Below are positions 17,221 through 25,850 of a stretch of DNA of 32,000 bases, in pieces. The position numbers and the translations under genes are program-made. Under the pieces are notes generated by a model that worked only from the letters and a program-made list of their open reading frames with translations, was not told where the DNA came from and searched no databases. Origin of the DNA: Candidatus Saccharimonadota bacterium. Lineage in GTDB: Archaea; Micrarchaeota; Micrarchaeia; Micrarchaeales; Micrarchaeaceae. The stretch lies in the NCBI GenBank assembly GCA_021654395.1, contig AP024486.1, positions 30,001 to 62,000 of the forward strand. Reading direction: 5' to 3'. Within the stretch, counting starts at the first letter, position 1, and each line of letters starts with the position of its first letter.

Positions 17221-18363
17221 TTAACCTGTGTAGTTACCAGCAGTTATATTTATATTTGCATCCTGATTTACTAAAGGTGATTGAGATAGCTTTATATTGG
17301 ATATAGCGAATAGATTTAGTCTCTTTCCTCTTATAACACTAACAACTCTAAATCTAACAATCTTACCTTCTAAAGATTCCACAGGAATAGTAAAGTTCCT
17401 GAATGTAGATATGTTGCTAACTAGTGTTGTAGAGTTATATGTATATATATGAGCTATCAGATAGCTCTGATTTGTATTATTTGCAACTAATGCAATATAT
17501 GTATAATTTGATGGATTGCCTATAGCTTGGAATGTTATAAATGGTTCATCTATAATAAATGGATATGATGTTATAGATCCATTAAAGTAGTTGCTTCCAC
17601 AGTTAAAGTTTGTTATAAAGTACTTTGTTCCATATAGATTATTCCAAGGATTACCTTCATAACAATAGTTATCATTTGCATATGTTATATTAGCAGGCTC
17701 TTTTAACTGCTGATTGCTATCTGTAAGGTTCTTATTATAAGATCCTGTAAATGCAGAGCCATTTGTTATCCAACCATAGAGCTTTCCTGATTGAAAGTTT
17801 CCATTGTATATGTAGTTGTATACTTTATAGGCAGGCTTTGTAGTTGTATTAAATGAGACTATAACATAAGGATACTGGACAGGATAGTATGTATATCTAT
17901 TAGAGCTATGTATTATTATACTATAATAGCCTTTTGTAAGGTTTATTGCATCAAATAGAGATATATCTGGAGATTCAACAAAAGAGTAGTTGAGGATGCT
18001 GCTATTCGTCTGATTTAGCTTAGATACTGTAATATTTATATATAGCGATCTACCAGAGTATGTCCATACTCCTATGCTAGTATTAGATGGAGAATAGCAT
18101 CTAAAAGATTCAGTTGTATTATAATAGTTTATTATTGCTTCAAATGAATTGCAGTACTGAAGTCTGCTAGAATTTGTGTAGTTTATATTCTGTAAAGTTT
18201 TATTTTGTATAGAAGTATTATTTGACTTTGTTGTATTGCTTATAGTATTACTGGCTTGCTTAGTAGATTTATTTGCTAATTTAAAGATTCCTGAAGCTGC
18301 TATTAGTACGATAAGGATTATTATAAGAATTACCAATGCTATTGCTGCAGATGTATTTGCCAT
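17221..18363 (-). CDS. N-terminally anchored 380-aa envelope protein with a C-terminal jelly-roll (concanavalin/LamG-like) domain
   Basis: The TM anchor is AAIALVILIIILIVLIAASGIF, followed by the Asn/Thr-rich stalk NTISNTTKSNNTSIQNKTLQNINYTNSS. The pattern FQSGKLYGWITNGSAFTG ... GSITSYPFII..PFITFQAIG ... LEGKIVRFRVV ... ISNIKL resembles lectin-type jelly-roll domains. Confidence 0.6.
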   Translation of the reverse strand: MANTSAAIALVILIIILIVLIAASGIFKLANKSTKQASNTISNTTKSNNTSIQNKTLQNINYTNSSRLQYCNSFEAIINYYNTTESFRCYSPSNTSIGVWTYSGRSLYINITVSKLNQTNSSILNYSFVESPDISLFDAINLTKGYYSIIIHSSNRYTYYPVQYPYVIVSFNTTTKPAYKVYNYIYNGNFQSGKLYGWITNGSAFTGSYNKNLTDSNQQLKEPANITYANDNYCYEGNPWNNLYGTKYFITNFNCGSNYFNGSITSYPFIIDEPFITFQAIGNPSNYTYIALVANNTNQSYLIAHIYTYNSTTLVSNISTFRNFTIPVESLEGKIVRFRVVSVIRGKRLNLFAISNIKLSQSPLVNQDANINITAGNYTG

Positions 18364-18382
18364 ATTAAATATTATGTATCGA

Positions 18383-18394
18383 TATATTTTTAAA
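18383..18394 (-). promoter_or_regulatory. TATA-box candidate for the 17221-18363 gene (leaderless-type spacing)
   Basis: The minus strand reads TTTAAAAATATA, centred ~26 nt upstream of the ATG at 18361-18363. No Shine-Dalgarno site lies between them. Confidence 0.4.
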
Positions 18395-18472
18395 CTATTA
18401 CTGAGAAGCTCTAATTCTATCGCTAATATCTAATTACTTCTTATAAATATTTCAATTTCTAAAAGAGAGCTT

Positions 18473-18520
18473 GATAGAAAGATTAATAGAAAGAATAGAA
18501 ATAGAAAAGAAATAGAGAAA
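18473..18520 (-). terminator. Pyrimidine/T-tract region after the S-layer gene (degenerate TTTCTAT repeats)
   Basis: The plus strand is a purine-only run with ATAGAAA-like units repeated about 5 times. On the coding (minus) strand it reads TTTCTCTATTTCTTTTCTATTTCTATTCTTTCTATT, starting 10 nt after the stop codon. Confidence 0.3.
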
Positions 18521-18529
18521 TTATACAAT

Positions 18530-21500
18530 TTAGCTACCGCTTGCTGCTAAATTGTATAGCTGCTGTATGAATGAGTCTGCTGCTTCTAATGTCTGGTTTC
18601 CATAGTATCCTGCTACATATATTACTGAGCCATACTGTGTTGATGGGAATGCTTGTACTAAGTATCCTTTGCCATTGTTCATTGTTGGTGATACTGTTAA
18701 GTTATACTGCTTCTCAACTGCAGCGCTTACTGCGTTTACATAACCAGATCCTACTGATATATATGAGCCTCCTGGTGTTGCTTCATTTGCTAATATTACT
18801 AATGGTGTTGATGATGTTAATAGATTCTCTAATGAATATACTTGGTCTGCTTGTGCTGGTGTTGTTACTACTGCTTTAGATAAGTTGTCTAAGCCTTCTA
18901 TTGTATAGTTTGTTGGTACTGCTACTGCCTTTCCATTTACTTTTACTACTGTTGCATTTGGTAGTCCTAATACTCCTAAGTTCTGGCCTACTGTGAAGTT
19001 ATATGTATGTACTTGCTTTGTTACTGTTGCATTTGATGGTCCTACTACAAATTCTAGTTCATCTATTGCCTTCGCCATATCTATTGTTAATGAATATGGT
19101 GTTATTGATGCAACTTCAGAACCCTTTTCTGTTCTGAATCCGGGCTGTACGTTTATTGTTGTGCCTTGTGTTGATGTATATGAGACATTATTTGGTGTTC
19201 CTGCTGCAGAATAGTTCAATATGAATAATGGCTCTGACTGTGTTCCTGCTGTTGAGTTTACTACATTAAATGATATATAATCTGACTTAGATGTTGAGAA
19301 TGGTACTGGATACTCTTGCATGCTGTACTTGTAATATGAATACTGTTTTCCATTGCTCAATGGTGTTGGATTCATGTCACTTATTGTGAATGTTGTTGGT
19401 GTCTGACCATTCTGCTGGTTGTATATTACATTAGTTCCAACTGTTGTTTGATAATAGTTCTTTCCTGGTACTGTATATAGTATATATGGAGTTGTAGGTG
19501 TAGTTAAGTTTGCAAGATGCAATATTTTTTGAGTTGTTGGATTTCCTTCATATACTGATATACCAAAATCTGCTGGTATTGGTCTGCTGAGCTGTACTTC
19601 TGTTACATTTGCAAATGCTGCTGATATTGAAGTACTTGTAGTTTCACCATTAGTTGGGTTTATTCCATATCCGTTGAATGTCAATGTTGCACCTGTTGGC
19701 TGTCCATTTGATGTATAACCTTTAATTATTACTGTTAATGGATTACTTGGTGTTATATAATTGCCAAGTATTGCGTTTGAATTTTTATCGAGACCATTAA
19801 TTGTTGCATATAATGTATTTACTGTACTGCCGCTTGTCCCTGCTGTATTTCCGTTATAACCTTCTGCATATAGCGCATATGGTGTTAGATCATATGTTAC
19901 TTGATTGCTCTGCTCATTTGCAAACTGGAATGCGTTTGGTATCTTGCTTGTTACTACAAGCTCCTCTGCTGGCTCTGTTATTGCAGTTACATTGACTGAG
20001 GCTGCACTAGCAGCACTTGGAGGAGTAACAACACCACCAGGATTCTCATATGTCACTTGTGGTGCGTATGTCGATGTTATTGTTATTGGATCGAAGTTTC
20101 CGCTTGTCTGTGTCTCACCTGCAAATGTTAGCTTTAAGTATGCTGGCTGTGTTGCAAATGTTATTGATTGGCCTGGTAGTAATGTTGTTGCATTTGTGTT
20201 ATATATTATAATTGAATATAGCGCATTTGGTGTACCACCATTTGATGAATTTGTCCATAGTAATTCTGTATACCAATTTGGATCATATGTTGCATTGAAC
20301 TGCTTACCACTTGTTATGTTATATACATTTGCATATATTCTCATCTTTGCATATTGAATTCCAGATATTCCTGCGAATGTCTGGTTTATATATACATAGA
20401 ACTTATTGTTGCTTACATTAAATGGATATACAGTTCCTGGATATATTACTGTCTGGTTTGTTGGTGTTGATCCATTATGATAATAGACTGCTACTGATGC
20501 TGGGCTTATTCCATTAGAGTTTGCTTGACCAATTCCTTGTAATACTACCTTTATTGTCTTATTAAATGCATATAATGCTCCTCCAACTGGAACTGCAGTT
20601 AATGGTGTTACTGCTGATGCTAACTCTAAACTTCCACCCTCAACTACATTCTGTGGACTGGTTAATTGTTGTTGTGATAAGCCTTTTGTACTACCATTTA
20701 CTATTGTCCAGTTCTGGCCTAAGAACATGAATGATGCTAAGTTTATTCCATTATTTGAATTCTTTAATGGAATTGGCTTCGTAAATGTTACTTGATATGC
20801 ACCTGCAGCATCTAATAGTGCAAAGCTATTTACTCCTTTCTGCTGATCGAATACTGGGAATCCAGTTATCCATAGATACTCATTTTCACCATAGTTCCCA
20901 AAATCACTTAATAGTGTTGATAACTGTGTATTTGTTATTCTTAGTATGTCGTCATAGCTACCATTTCTGAATGTTGTGAATGTTACACCACCACCGTTTG
21001 TTGCTGCTGTTGGTGTTATTGAGACTGGTACATAACCTGCATATGCATATGGGCTATATATCTGTGTATTTACCTCATTCTGGCTATTGTTATAGCCTGC
21101 TGTTGAGTTATCACCAACTGCCTTTGTAATTGCAGGATTTCCTGTCTTAACACCTCTGTTTAATACAGAGCCTATTAATGCATCGAATGTATAGCTACCT
21201 CTTGCAAATGCCTCTCCTGTTACGTTTATTGATACACTACCATTTGTTATCTGTGTTGATGATGCTGAGGATGTTGCAACAACATGTAGTAATGATTGTG
21301 CCATTGTTGTGTTTACAGATGCTGTTACTGGTACTGTTCCATATGCTAGGTTTCCTATAGCTGCAGCTATGTTGCCTGCAGAGACTGCGTCAATTGGCTT
21401 TGCTGAGTTTCCTACTACTATCTTTACTAATGGCTGTCCATTTGATCCTATTATTGGTATGTTGTTATAGGATATTGGCACTGCGTATGCTACGCTAGCA

Positions 21501-21559
21501 GCTAACAATGCGCTACCAGCAACCACAGCTGCTATCTTCTTACTTCCTAGACTTTTCAT
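18530..21559 (-). CDS. S-layer-type major surface glycoprotein candidate (1009 aa)
   Basis: A cleavable-looking signal peptide is present (MKSLGSKKIAAVVAGSALLAASVAYA). The composition is Thr/Asn/Ser/Gly/Ala/Val-rich with few charged residues. I count roughly 30 N-x-S/T sequons by eye. There is no C-terminal TM anchor. A strong TATA plus SD lies upstream, and the largest intergenic region in the window is next to the gene. Confidence 0.7.
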   Translation of the reverse strand: MKSLGSKKIAAVVAGSALLAASVAYAVPISYNNIPIIGSNGQPLVKIVVGNSAKPIDAVSAGNIAAAIGNLAYGTVPVTASVNTTMAQSLLHVVATSSASSTQITNGSVSINVTGEAFARGSYTFDALIGSVLNRGVKTGNPAITKAVGDNSTAGYNNSQNEVNTQIYSPYAYAGYVPVSITPTAATNGGGVTFTTFRNGSYDDILRITNTQLSTLLSDFGNYGENEYLWITGFPVFDQQKGVNSFALLDAAGAYQVTFTKPIPLKNSNNGINLASFMFLGQNWTIVNGSTKGLSQQQLTSPQNVVEGGSLELASAVTPLTAVPVGGALYAFNKTIKVVLQGIGQANSNGISPASVAVYYHNGSTPTNQTVIYPGTVYPFNVSNNKFYVYINQTFAGISGIQYAKMRIYANVYNITSGKQFNATYDPNWYTELLWTNSSNGGTPNALYSIIIYNTNATTLLPGQSITFATQPAYLKLTFAGETQTSGNFDPITITSTYAPQVTYENPGGVVTPPSAASAASVNVTAITEPAEELVVTSKIPNAFQFANEQSNQVTYDLTPYALYAEGYNGNTAGTSGSTVNTLYATINGLDKNSNAILGNYITPSNPLTVIIKGYTSNGQPTGATLTFNGYGINPTNGETTSTSISAAFANVTEVQLSRPIPADFGISVYEGNPTTQKILHLANLTTPTTPYILYTVPGKNYYQTTVGTNVIYNQQNGQTPTTFTISDMNPTPLSNGKQYSYYKYSMQEYPVPFSTSKSDYISFNVVNSTAGTQSEPLFILNYSAAGTPNNVSYTSTQGTTINVQPGFRTEKGSEVASITPYSLTIDMAKAIDELEFVVGPSNATVTKQVHTYNFTVGQNLGVLGLPNATVVKVNGKAVAVPTNYTIEGLDNLSKAVVTTPAQADQVYSLENLLTSSTPLVILANEATPGGSYISVGSGYVNAVSAAVEKQYNLTVSPTMNNGKGYLVQAFPSTQYGSVIYVAGYYGNQTLEAADSFIQQLYNLAASGS

Positions 21560-21565
21560 ACATTT

Positions 21566-21614
21566 TCACCAAATATTCACTGATTAATAATGTAAAAAGA
21601 AATCTATTTAAATA
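21566..21614 (-). promoter_or_regulatory. Promoter/RBS of the S-layer gene
   Basis: The palindromic TATA-like element TATTTAAATA at 21605-21614 lies ~46-55 nt upstream of the ATG (21557-21559). GGTGA (plus-strand tcacc, 21566-21570) lies 6 nt upstream of the ATG. Confidence 0.45.
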
Positions 21615-21976
21615 TTAATGGTTTACTTAAAATTTATTTTATAAATTGCCTTTTATTGTTTGATAATTGTCAAACTCAATTTCTGCATAACTCGTATAAA
21701 GATTATACTAATTGTATGATCTTTAAATTTTTGATTTATTTGATGTTAAAGCTCTATCAGATAATATTATATTACTTTGATTAAAATATCTTTCTTTTTT
21801 TAATCTGTCTTAATTTAATTGCGTATTCGAAATTATAGAATATCAGATTAAATAATATTTGCATCTTTAATTAAAAATCTGTTAGATCTATAATAGGAGC
21901 TTTAATACTTTACTTCAATTTAGCATTTTAAAATTAGTTTGAGGATCTTATATGTCATTGAACTTAAGGAGATCTT

Positions 21977-24451
21977 ATGAATGATAGAAGTAATGAAAAC
22001 AAGAATGAGATCGATAATATAAATGCTAATAATATGGTTAATGGAAAGAGTGAAAGTACTAATCTAAAATCTTCTACTCCAAAGTATGCTGATCCTAAAA
22101 AGATCTTTCTAGAAGATAGCTATCTTAGTAATAGGATCTCATTTAAGATAGCCATAATATCTTCTATTATCATCTTTGTTATATTAGGTATAATACTAAG
22201 GATATCTCTACTTAAGTATCAAGGCTTCTTCGAGCCAGATGGATTCTTTCATTACTCTGTAATAAGAGAGGCTATAACTCAGAACAATCTTGCAATACCT
22301 GAGTATAACAATCTATCTGGATTTCCTACACACAATAAGATAACAGAGCCAGAGGGTCTATACTATGTAACTATTGTACCTTGGCTTATACTAAATGTAT
22401 TTGGTATTAGCTACTATACAACTATGAGAATAATCCCAATACTATTTGGTATATTAGATATACTGCTTACATATGTGCTAACAAGAAAGGTATTTAGAGA
22501 TAGTAGATTGATTCCCTTAATAGCTTCAGCATTTGTAGCATTCTCTGCTGGAGATATATCTAGAACTGAAGCGCTTGTTTATAGAGGAGATGGCTTTATA
22601 ACATCATTCTTATTAGTAGGCTTGATCTTACTAGTAGATGCTTTCTATATATATAAGAATAATAGCTGGTTGAGAAAGAAGGCATTAGTAAGATTAGCTA
22701 TTAGCTATCTTGTAATAGGCGTTGGATTTGGCTTTTGGAATGGAGCTCCATATATGTACTTTGTAATTCTGCTTTCTGTAATAATACTCTCTATATACTA
22801 CTTCTTAGTAGATAATACAGATATGTTAAGATTTGTATTATTTGCTGCAATACTTATAATAGAGATCTACGCTATACAGCATCTATTGATGCTTGTAAAT
22901 TTCATAAGGGCTCAGCAAGCCCTATCTAGTCCAAGATTCTTCATATTCTATATACCAGTAGTACTGCTTCCTGCTTTACTCTATTATGCATTAAAGAATA
23001 GAGATAAGAGCATATTTAAGCATATAAAGATAGAGCTGCTTTATGGAAGAGTCAAGCTTTTAGCCTCTATAGTCATATTGGGTGTTATAATAATCACTAT
23101 CTTGTTTAGTAAGTACCTATTAACGATAGCCTCAGGAGATGGTTTAGTAATAGCTAATAACGGGCTTACAGAATCTATTGAGGAGCTTCAGAAGCCAGAT
23201 TTTAGCTTCATATACGACTCTTTTGGATTAGAGATACTGCTAATGCCTTTAGGCTTAGTAGCGCCTCTGCTACTTTATATCTACTACAGAAGATATAATG
23301 GCAACAAGATGCTTCCAGAGCTATTTACTGAAGGTTACTTCGTAATACTTGCTTATCTTATAATAACTCTATACCTTCAGCTAAATGCTATAAGATTTAA
23401 CTCGATAGTTGCTGTACCAATAGCGATACTTGCAGCATTAGCTGTAGAGTCTATATATGTTATATATCTAATAATAGGAGAGAGAGCTTCATCTATCTTA
23501 AGATACTCAAATAAGTTTATATTGCTTTTAGTTATAGCTGTTTTAATATATCAGCTCTACTTTACTGACTATATAGTCTATGCTGAAGCATTCCAAGCAG
23601 ATAATATAAATACGTATACTCTGCAGGCGATGAGCTGGATAAGGAATAATACTGCATTAAATGCAACCTTCTTAGCAGTTTGGCCTGATGGCTCTGTTAT
23701 AGAAGGCTTTGGAGAGAGGCAGAGCTTAATGGATAGTGTAAGTGGTCAGAATGGATTATATATAGAGCAGTTCGCCCAGGAGCTACTGAGTAATAATAGC
23801 GATAATCTTAGCTTCATATTAGAGCATAAGCCAGATTATATATATGCTAGATACTACTGGTTGGATGAGCTTGCTGGTATAGCACAAGAAGCAAATCTAG
23901 GCAGTAGCGATGCTGCAAAAAGAGGTATTCAGAGTGTGCCTTTAAATCAGTATGGCAGTATATACTATGAAAGTTATTCATCAAACAATAGCGTATATTA
24001 CTTCCTAGATCCAATCTTATTTGAAAATATTAATAAGACATTAATTACGAATATGACCCCAATACTGCAGTTAAGCAAAGTAAATCAAAGCTTCAACGGA
24101 TATATAAAGATATCCTATTATGCTGTAAATGGCAACTCTATTAGTCTGCTATCAAGCAATGTATATAGATCAAGCTTCACTGAGCTGTATAATATAAACA
24201 ATGCAACATTCTCCTTTGTTAGATATAAGAATATAACAGGCTATGGCTTTCTAGTAATATACTCAAACAGTAGCAATGGGCCCATTATGGATGCTGCTTA
24301 CCTTTTAGGACCGTATGCACCAGAGACATTCTATTATGAGCTACTATTTGAATGTAATAATCAGTACTGCCCATTAGATAATAGCTCTGTAAGATTTAAT
24401 CTAGTATATGACAATGTAGACTCTAAGATCTATAGATTAACCTATTCTTAA
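21977..24451 (+). CDS. STT3/AglB-like oligosaccharyltransferase (GT-C fold membrane glycosyltransferase)
   Basis: The 824-aa protein has more than 10 predicted TM helices. The first external loop, FFEPDGFFHYSVIRE, resembles the STT3 DxD/DPDxxYH loop. A soluble C-terminal domain follows VWPDGSVIEGFGERQSLMDSVSGQN...SFILEHKPDYIYARYYW. This is arranged like the WWDYGYWIE...DNNTWN...YVLV region of STT3/AglB, but the WWDYG motif itself is degenerate. Confidence 0.6.
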   Translation: MNDRSNENKNEIDNINANNMVNGKSESTNLKSSTPKYADPKKIFLEDSYLSNRISFKIAIISSIIIFVILGIILRISLLKYQGFFEPDGFFHYSVIREAITQNNLAIPEYNNLSGFPTHNKITEPEGLYYVTIVPWLILNVFGISYYTTMRIIPILFGILDILLTYVLTRKVFRDSRLIPLIASAFVAFSAGDISRTEALVYRGDGFITSFLLVGLILLVDAFYIYKNNSWLRKKALVRLAISYLVIGVGFGFWNGAPYMYFVILLSVIILSIYYFLVDNTDMLRFVLFAAILIIEIYAIQHLLMLVNFIRAQQALSSPRFFIFYIPVVLLPALLYYALKNRDKSIFKHIKIELLYGRVKLLASIVILGVIIITILFSKYLLTIASGDGLVIANNGLTESIEELQKPDFSFIYDSFGLEILLMPLGLVAPLLLYIYYRRYNGNKMLPELFTEGYFVILAYLIITLYLQLNAIRFNSIVAVPIAILAALAVESIYVIYLIIGERASSILRYSNKFILLLVIAVLIYQLYFTDYIVYAEAFQADNINTYTLQAMSWIRNNTALNATFLAVWPDGSVIEGFGERQSLMDSVSGQNGLYIEQFAQELLSNNSDNLSFILEHKPDYIYARYYWLDELAGIAQEANLGSSDAAKRGIQSVPLNQYGSIYYESYSSNNSVYYFLDPILFENINKTLITNMTPILQLSKVNQSFNGYIKISYYAVNGNSISLLSSNVYRSSFTELYNINNATFSFVRYKNITGYGFLVIYSNSSNGPIMDAAYLLGPYAPETFYYELLFECNNQYCPLDNSSVRFNLVYDNVDSKIYRLTYS

Positions 24452-25033
24452 ATTACCTTTGGCTAGCTTTAAATACTGCTTTACAACATACTTTAAGTTA
24501 TAATGCTTGCCAGAATCATCAACGTATATAAGATATATAGGCTTGAGAGGCTGTAGATTAAATCTGTTATAGAACTGTAATATCTTATGATTACAATAGT
24601 AATACGGCGGATAGCTACTTGGGCTTATATTAGAATCGGCTATCTCTTGTAAGAATGTCATAAAATCTGGCTTAGGTATCTCTGTGGAGTTAGTTCCGTA
24701 TATCAAGAGATTTTCATTATTTATATCAATATGTGCTGCTATAAGATTATTAATTCTAAGAAGGTATGCTGCCGTGGCTCTGTGAGTACCATCGAGCACA
24801 GCGAGATGGCTAGACTTATTATTACTATTAATCTCTGTTACTATTAAAGGATTAGATTCAAATAAGTAGTGGCCATTATAATAGGCAGAGACTAAATTAG
24901 CTACCAGCTTCTTGTCTACTGCTTGAACTAATATTAGATTATTTGTAGCTACAGAGGCCATCCTAAAATTCAGATCTTTCAATATACGTTGAACCTCTTC
25001 TTCGCTATAGTTAAGATCTCTTGATCTGTCCAT
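24437..25033 (-). CDS. ParB/Sulfiredoxin-fold (ParB-like nuclease domain) protein, paralog A
   Basis: The core is NPLIVTEINSNNKSSHLAVLDGTHRATAAYLL, a beta-strand followed by the DGxHR motif of the ParB/Srx superfamily. Its 3' end overlaps the convergent STT3-like gene by 15 nt. Confidence 0.5.
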   Translation of the reverse strand: MDRSRDLNYSEEEVQRILKDLNFRMASVATNNLILVQAVDKKLVANLVSAYYNGHYLFESNPLIVTEINSNNKSSHLAVLDGTHRATAAYLLRINNLIAAHIDINNENLLIYGTNSTEIPKPDFMTFLQEIADSNISPSSYPPYYYCNHKILQFYNRFNLQPLKPIYLIYVDDSGKHYNLKYVVKQYLKLAKGNLRIG

Positions 25034-25068
25034 CTTAAGATTTCTATCTTACTATTTTTAATACTTTT

Positions 25069-25635
25069 TTATAAACTCTTTAGATAAGCTAAGGCCTGCT
25101 TTGATAGAATAGATATTGGAGCTATATAATCTCCTAAGATTAGAGAGTGCTTCGTAATCTTTATACCATCGCTATTATGCATAATAGCAAACCTTTTTAT
25201 ATTATCGACTCTTTCTTCCTCTCTTTCTAAAGAGGCCAGAGTTAGGAAGTATCTGAGAAGATCATCTTTATCAAAGATCTTGCTTTTATCCTTATTATAA
25301 ACAATAAGATAATCTGAATTGTAGTTCTTTATAACTATAGCGTTAACTCTGTCTTCGCCTCTTTCCCTATGCAGATGATATCTATGTGTACCATCCAAAA
25401 CCATATATCTATAGCTAATTGATCTATGATCTATATTATGCTCTTCTAAGTCTAAAACTATTATTGGCTCGCTTATTCCGTTAATAAATATCTTCCTTAA
25501 TAGATCGAGATTATATGGATCATGTAGCTCATGAGTTATAATCTCATCTGTATAAATAGAGGATATATGCGCTCTCAGACTATCTATTAAGTTAAGCGCT
25601 AGCTCATCTCTTCTTTTATATATATCCATAATCAC
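25069..25635 (-). CDS. ParB/Sulfiredoxin-fold (ParB-like nuclease domain) protein, paralog B
   Basis: The core is EPIIVLDLEEHNIDHRSISYRYMVLDGTHRYHLHRERG. The spacing and the VLDGTHR motif match the neighbouring paralog. The gene lies 35 nt upstream of paralog A on the same strand. Confidence 0.5.
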   Translation of the reverse strand: MIMDIYKRRDELALNLIDSLRAHISSIYTDEIITHELHDPYNLDLLRKIFINGISEPIIVLDLEEHNIDHRSISYRYMVLDGTHRYHLHRERGEDRVNAIVIKNYNSDYLIVYNKDKSKIFDKDDLLRYFLTLASLEREEERVDNIKRFAIMHNSDGIKITKHSLILGDYIAPISILSKQALAYLKSL

Positions 25636-25695
25636 AAATAGTGATCTTTAGATATAAATTAGTTATCTTTTATAGCTATAATAATAGCTTAAAGG

Positions 25696-25781
25696 TGCAG
25701 GGGGTGAGATTTGAACTCACGCACCCACAAAGGGAACGGGACCTCAACCCGCCGCATTTGGCCAGGCTCTGCCACCCCTGC
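25696..25781 (-). tRNA. tRNA-Leu (anticodon GAG), class II with long variable arm, 86 nt
   Basis: The reverse complement folds as:
- acceptor stem GCAGGGG/CCCCTGC
- anticodon stem GCGGG/CCCGT with loop TTGAGGT
- variable arm with a CCC/GGG stem
- T arm GTGAG-TTCAAAT-CTCAC
- discriminator A. Confidence 0.85.
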
Positions 25782-25850
25782 ATTATCTTAATATAATAAT
25801 CTATTTAGTTAATAAATATTTATATAAGCTTAATAAGTCATATAGGATAT

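Noticed and set aside
18473-18520. ATAGAAA-like tandem units that might suggest a microsatellite or a CRISPR-like array
   Set aside because: The units are only ~7 nt, degenerate and unspaced. They sit immediately after the S-layer stop codon, where they read as T-tracts on the transcribed strand. A terminator-type pyrimidine tract is the simpler reading. No CRISPR-like repeat-spacer periodicity exists anywhere in the window.
18571-21360. Six plus-strand ORFs (18571-18879, 18993-19214, 19801-19995, 19905-20357, 20785-20970, 21178-21360) antisense to the S-layer gene
   Set aside because: All lie entirely inside a 1009-aa ORF that has a signal peptide, promoter and RBS. Their products are Leu/Val/Cys/His-rich low-complexity strings, and some overlap each other in different frames. 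The codon bias of the S-layer gene depletes stop codons on the opposite strand, which explains them.
21560-21976. A replication origin in the long AT-rich intergenic region
   Set aside because: There are no repeated ORB-like inverted repeats of adequate length and no adjacent orc1/cdc6 gene. The region is better explained as divergent promoters for a very highly expressed gene.
24437-25781. An integrated mobile element using tRNA-Leu as its attachment site
   Set aside because: The ParB-like genes lie on the 3' side of the tRNA, as an integrated element would. However, I found no integrase or recombinase, no duplicated copy of the tRNA 3' end, and no compositional break. The idea is kept only as context in the locus finding.
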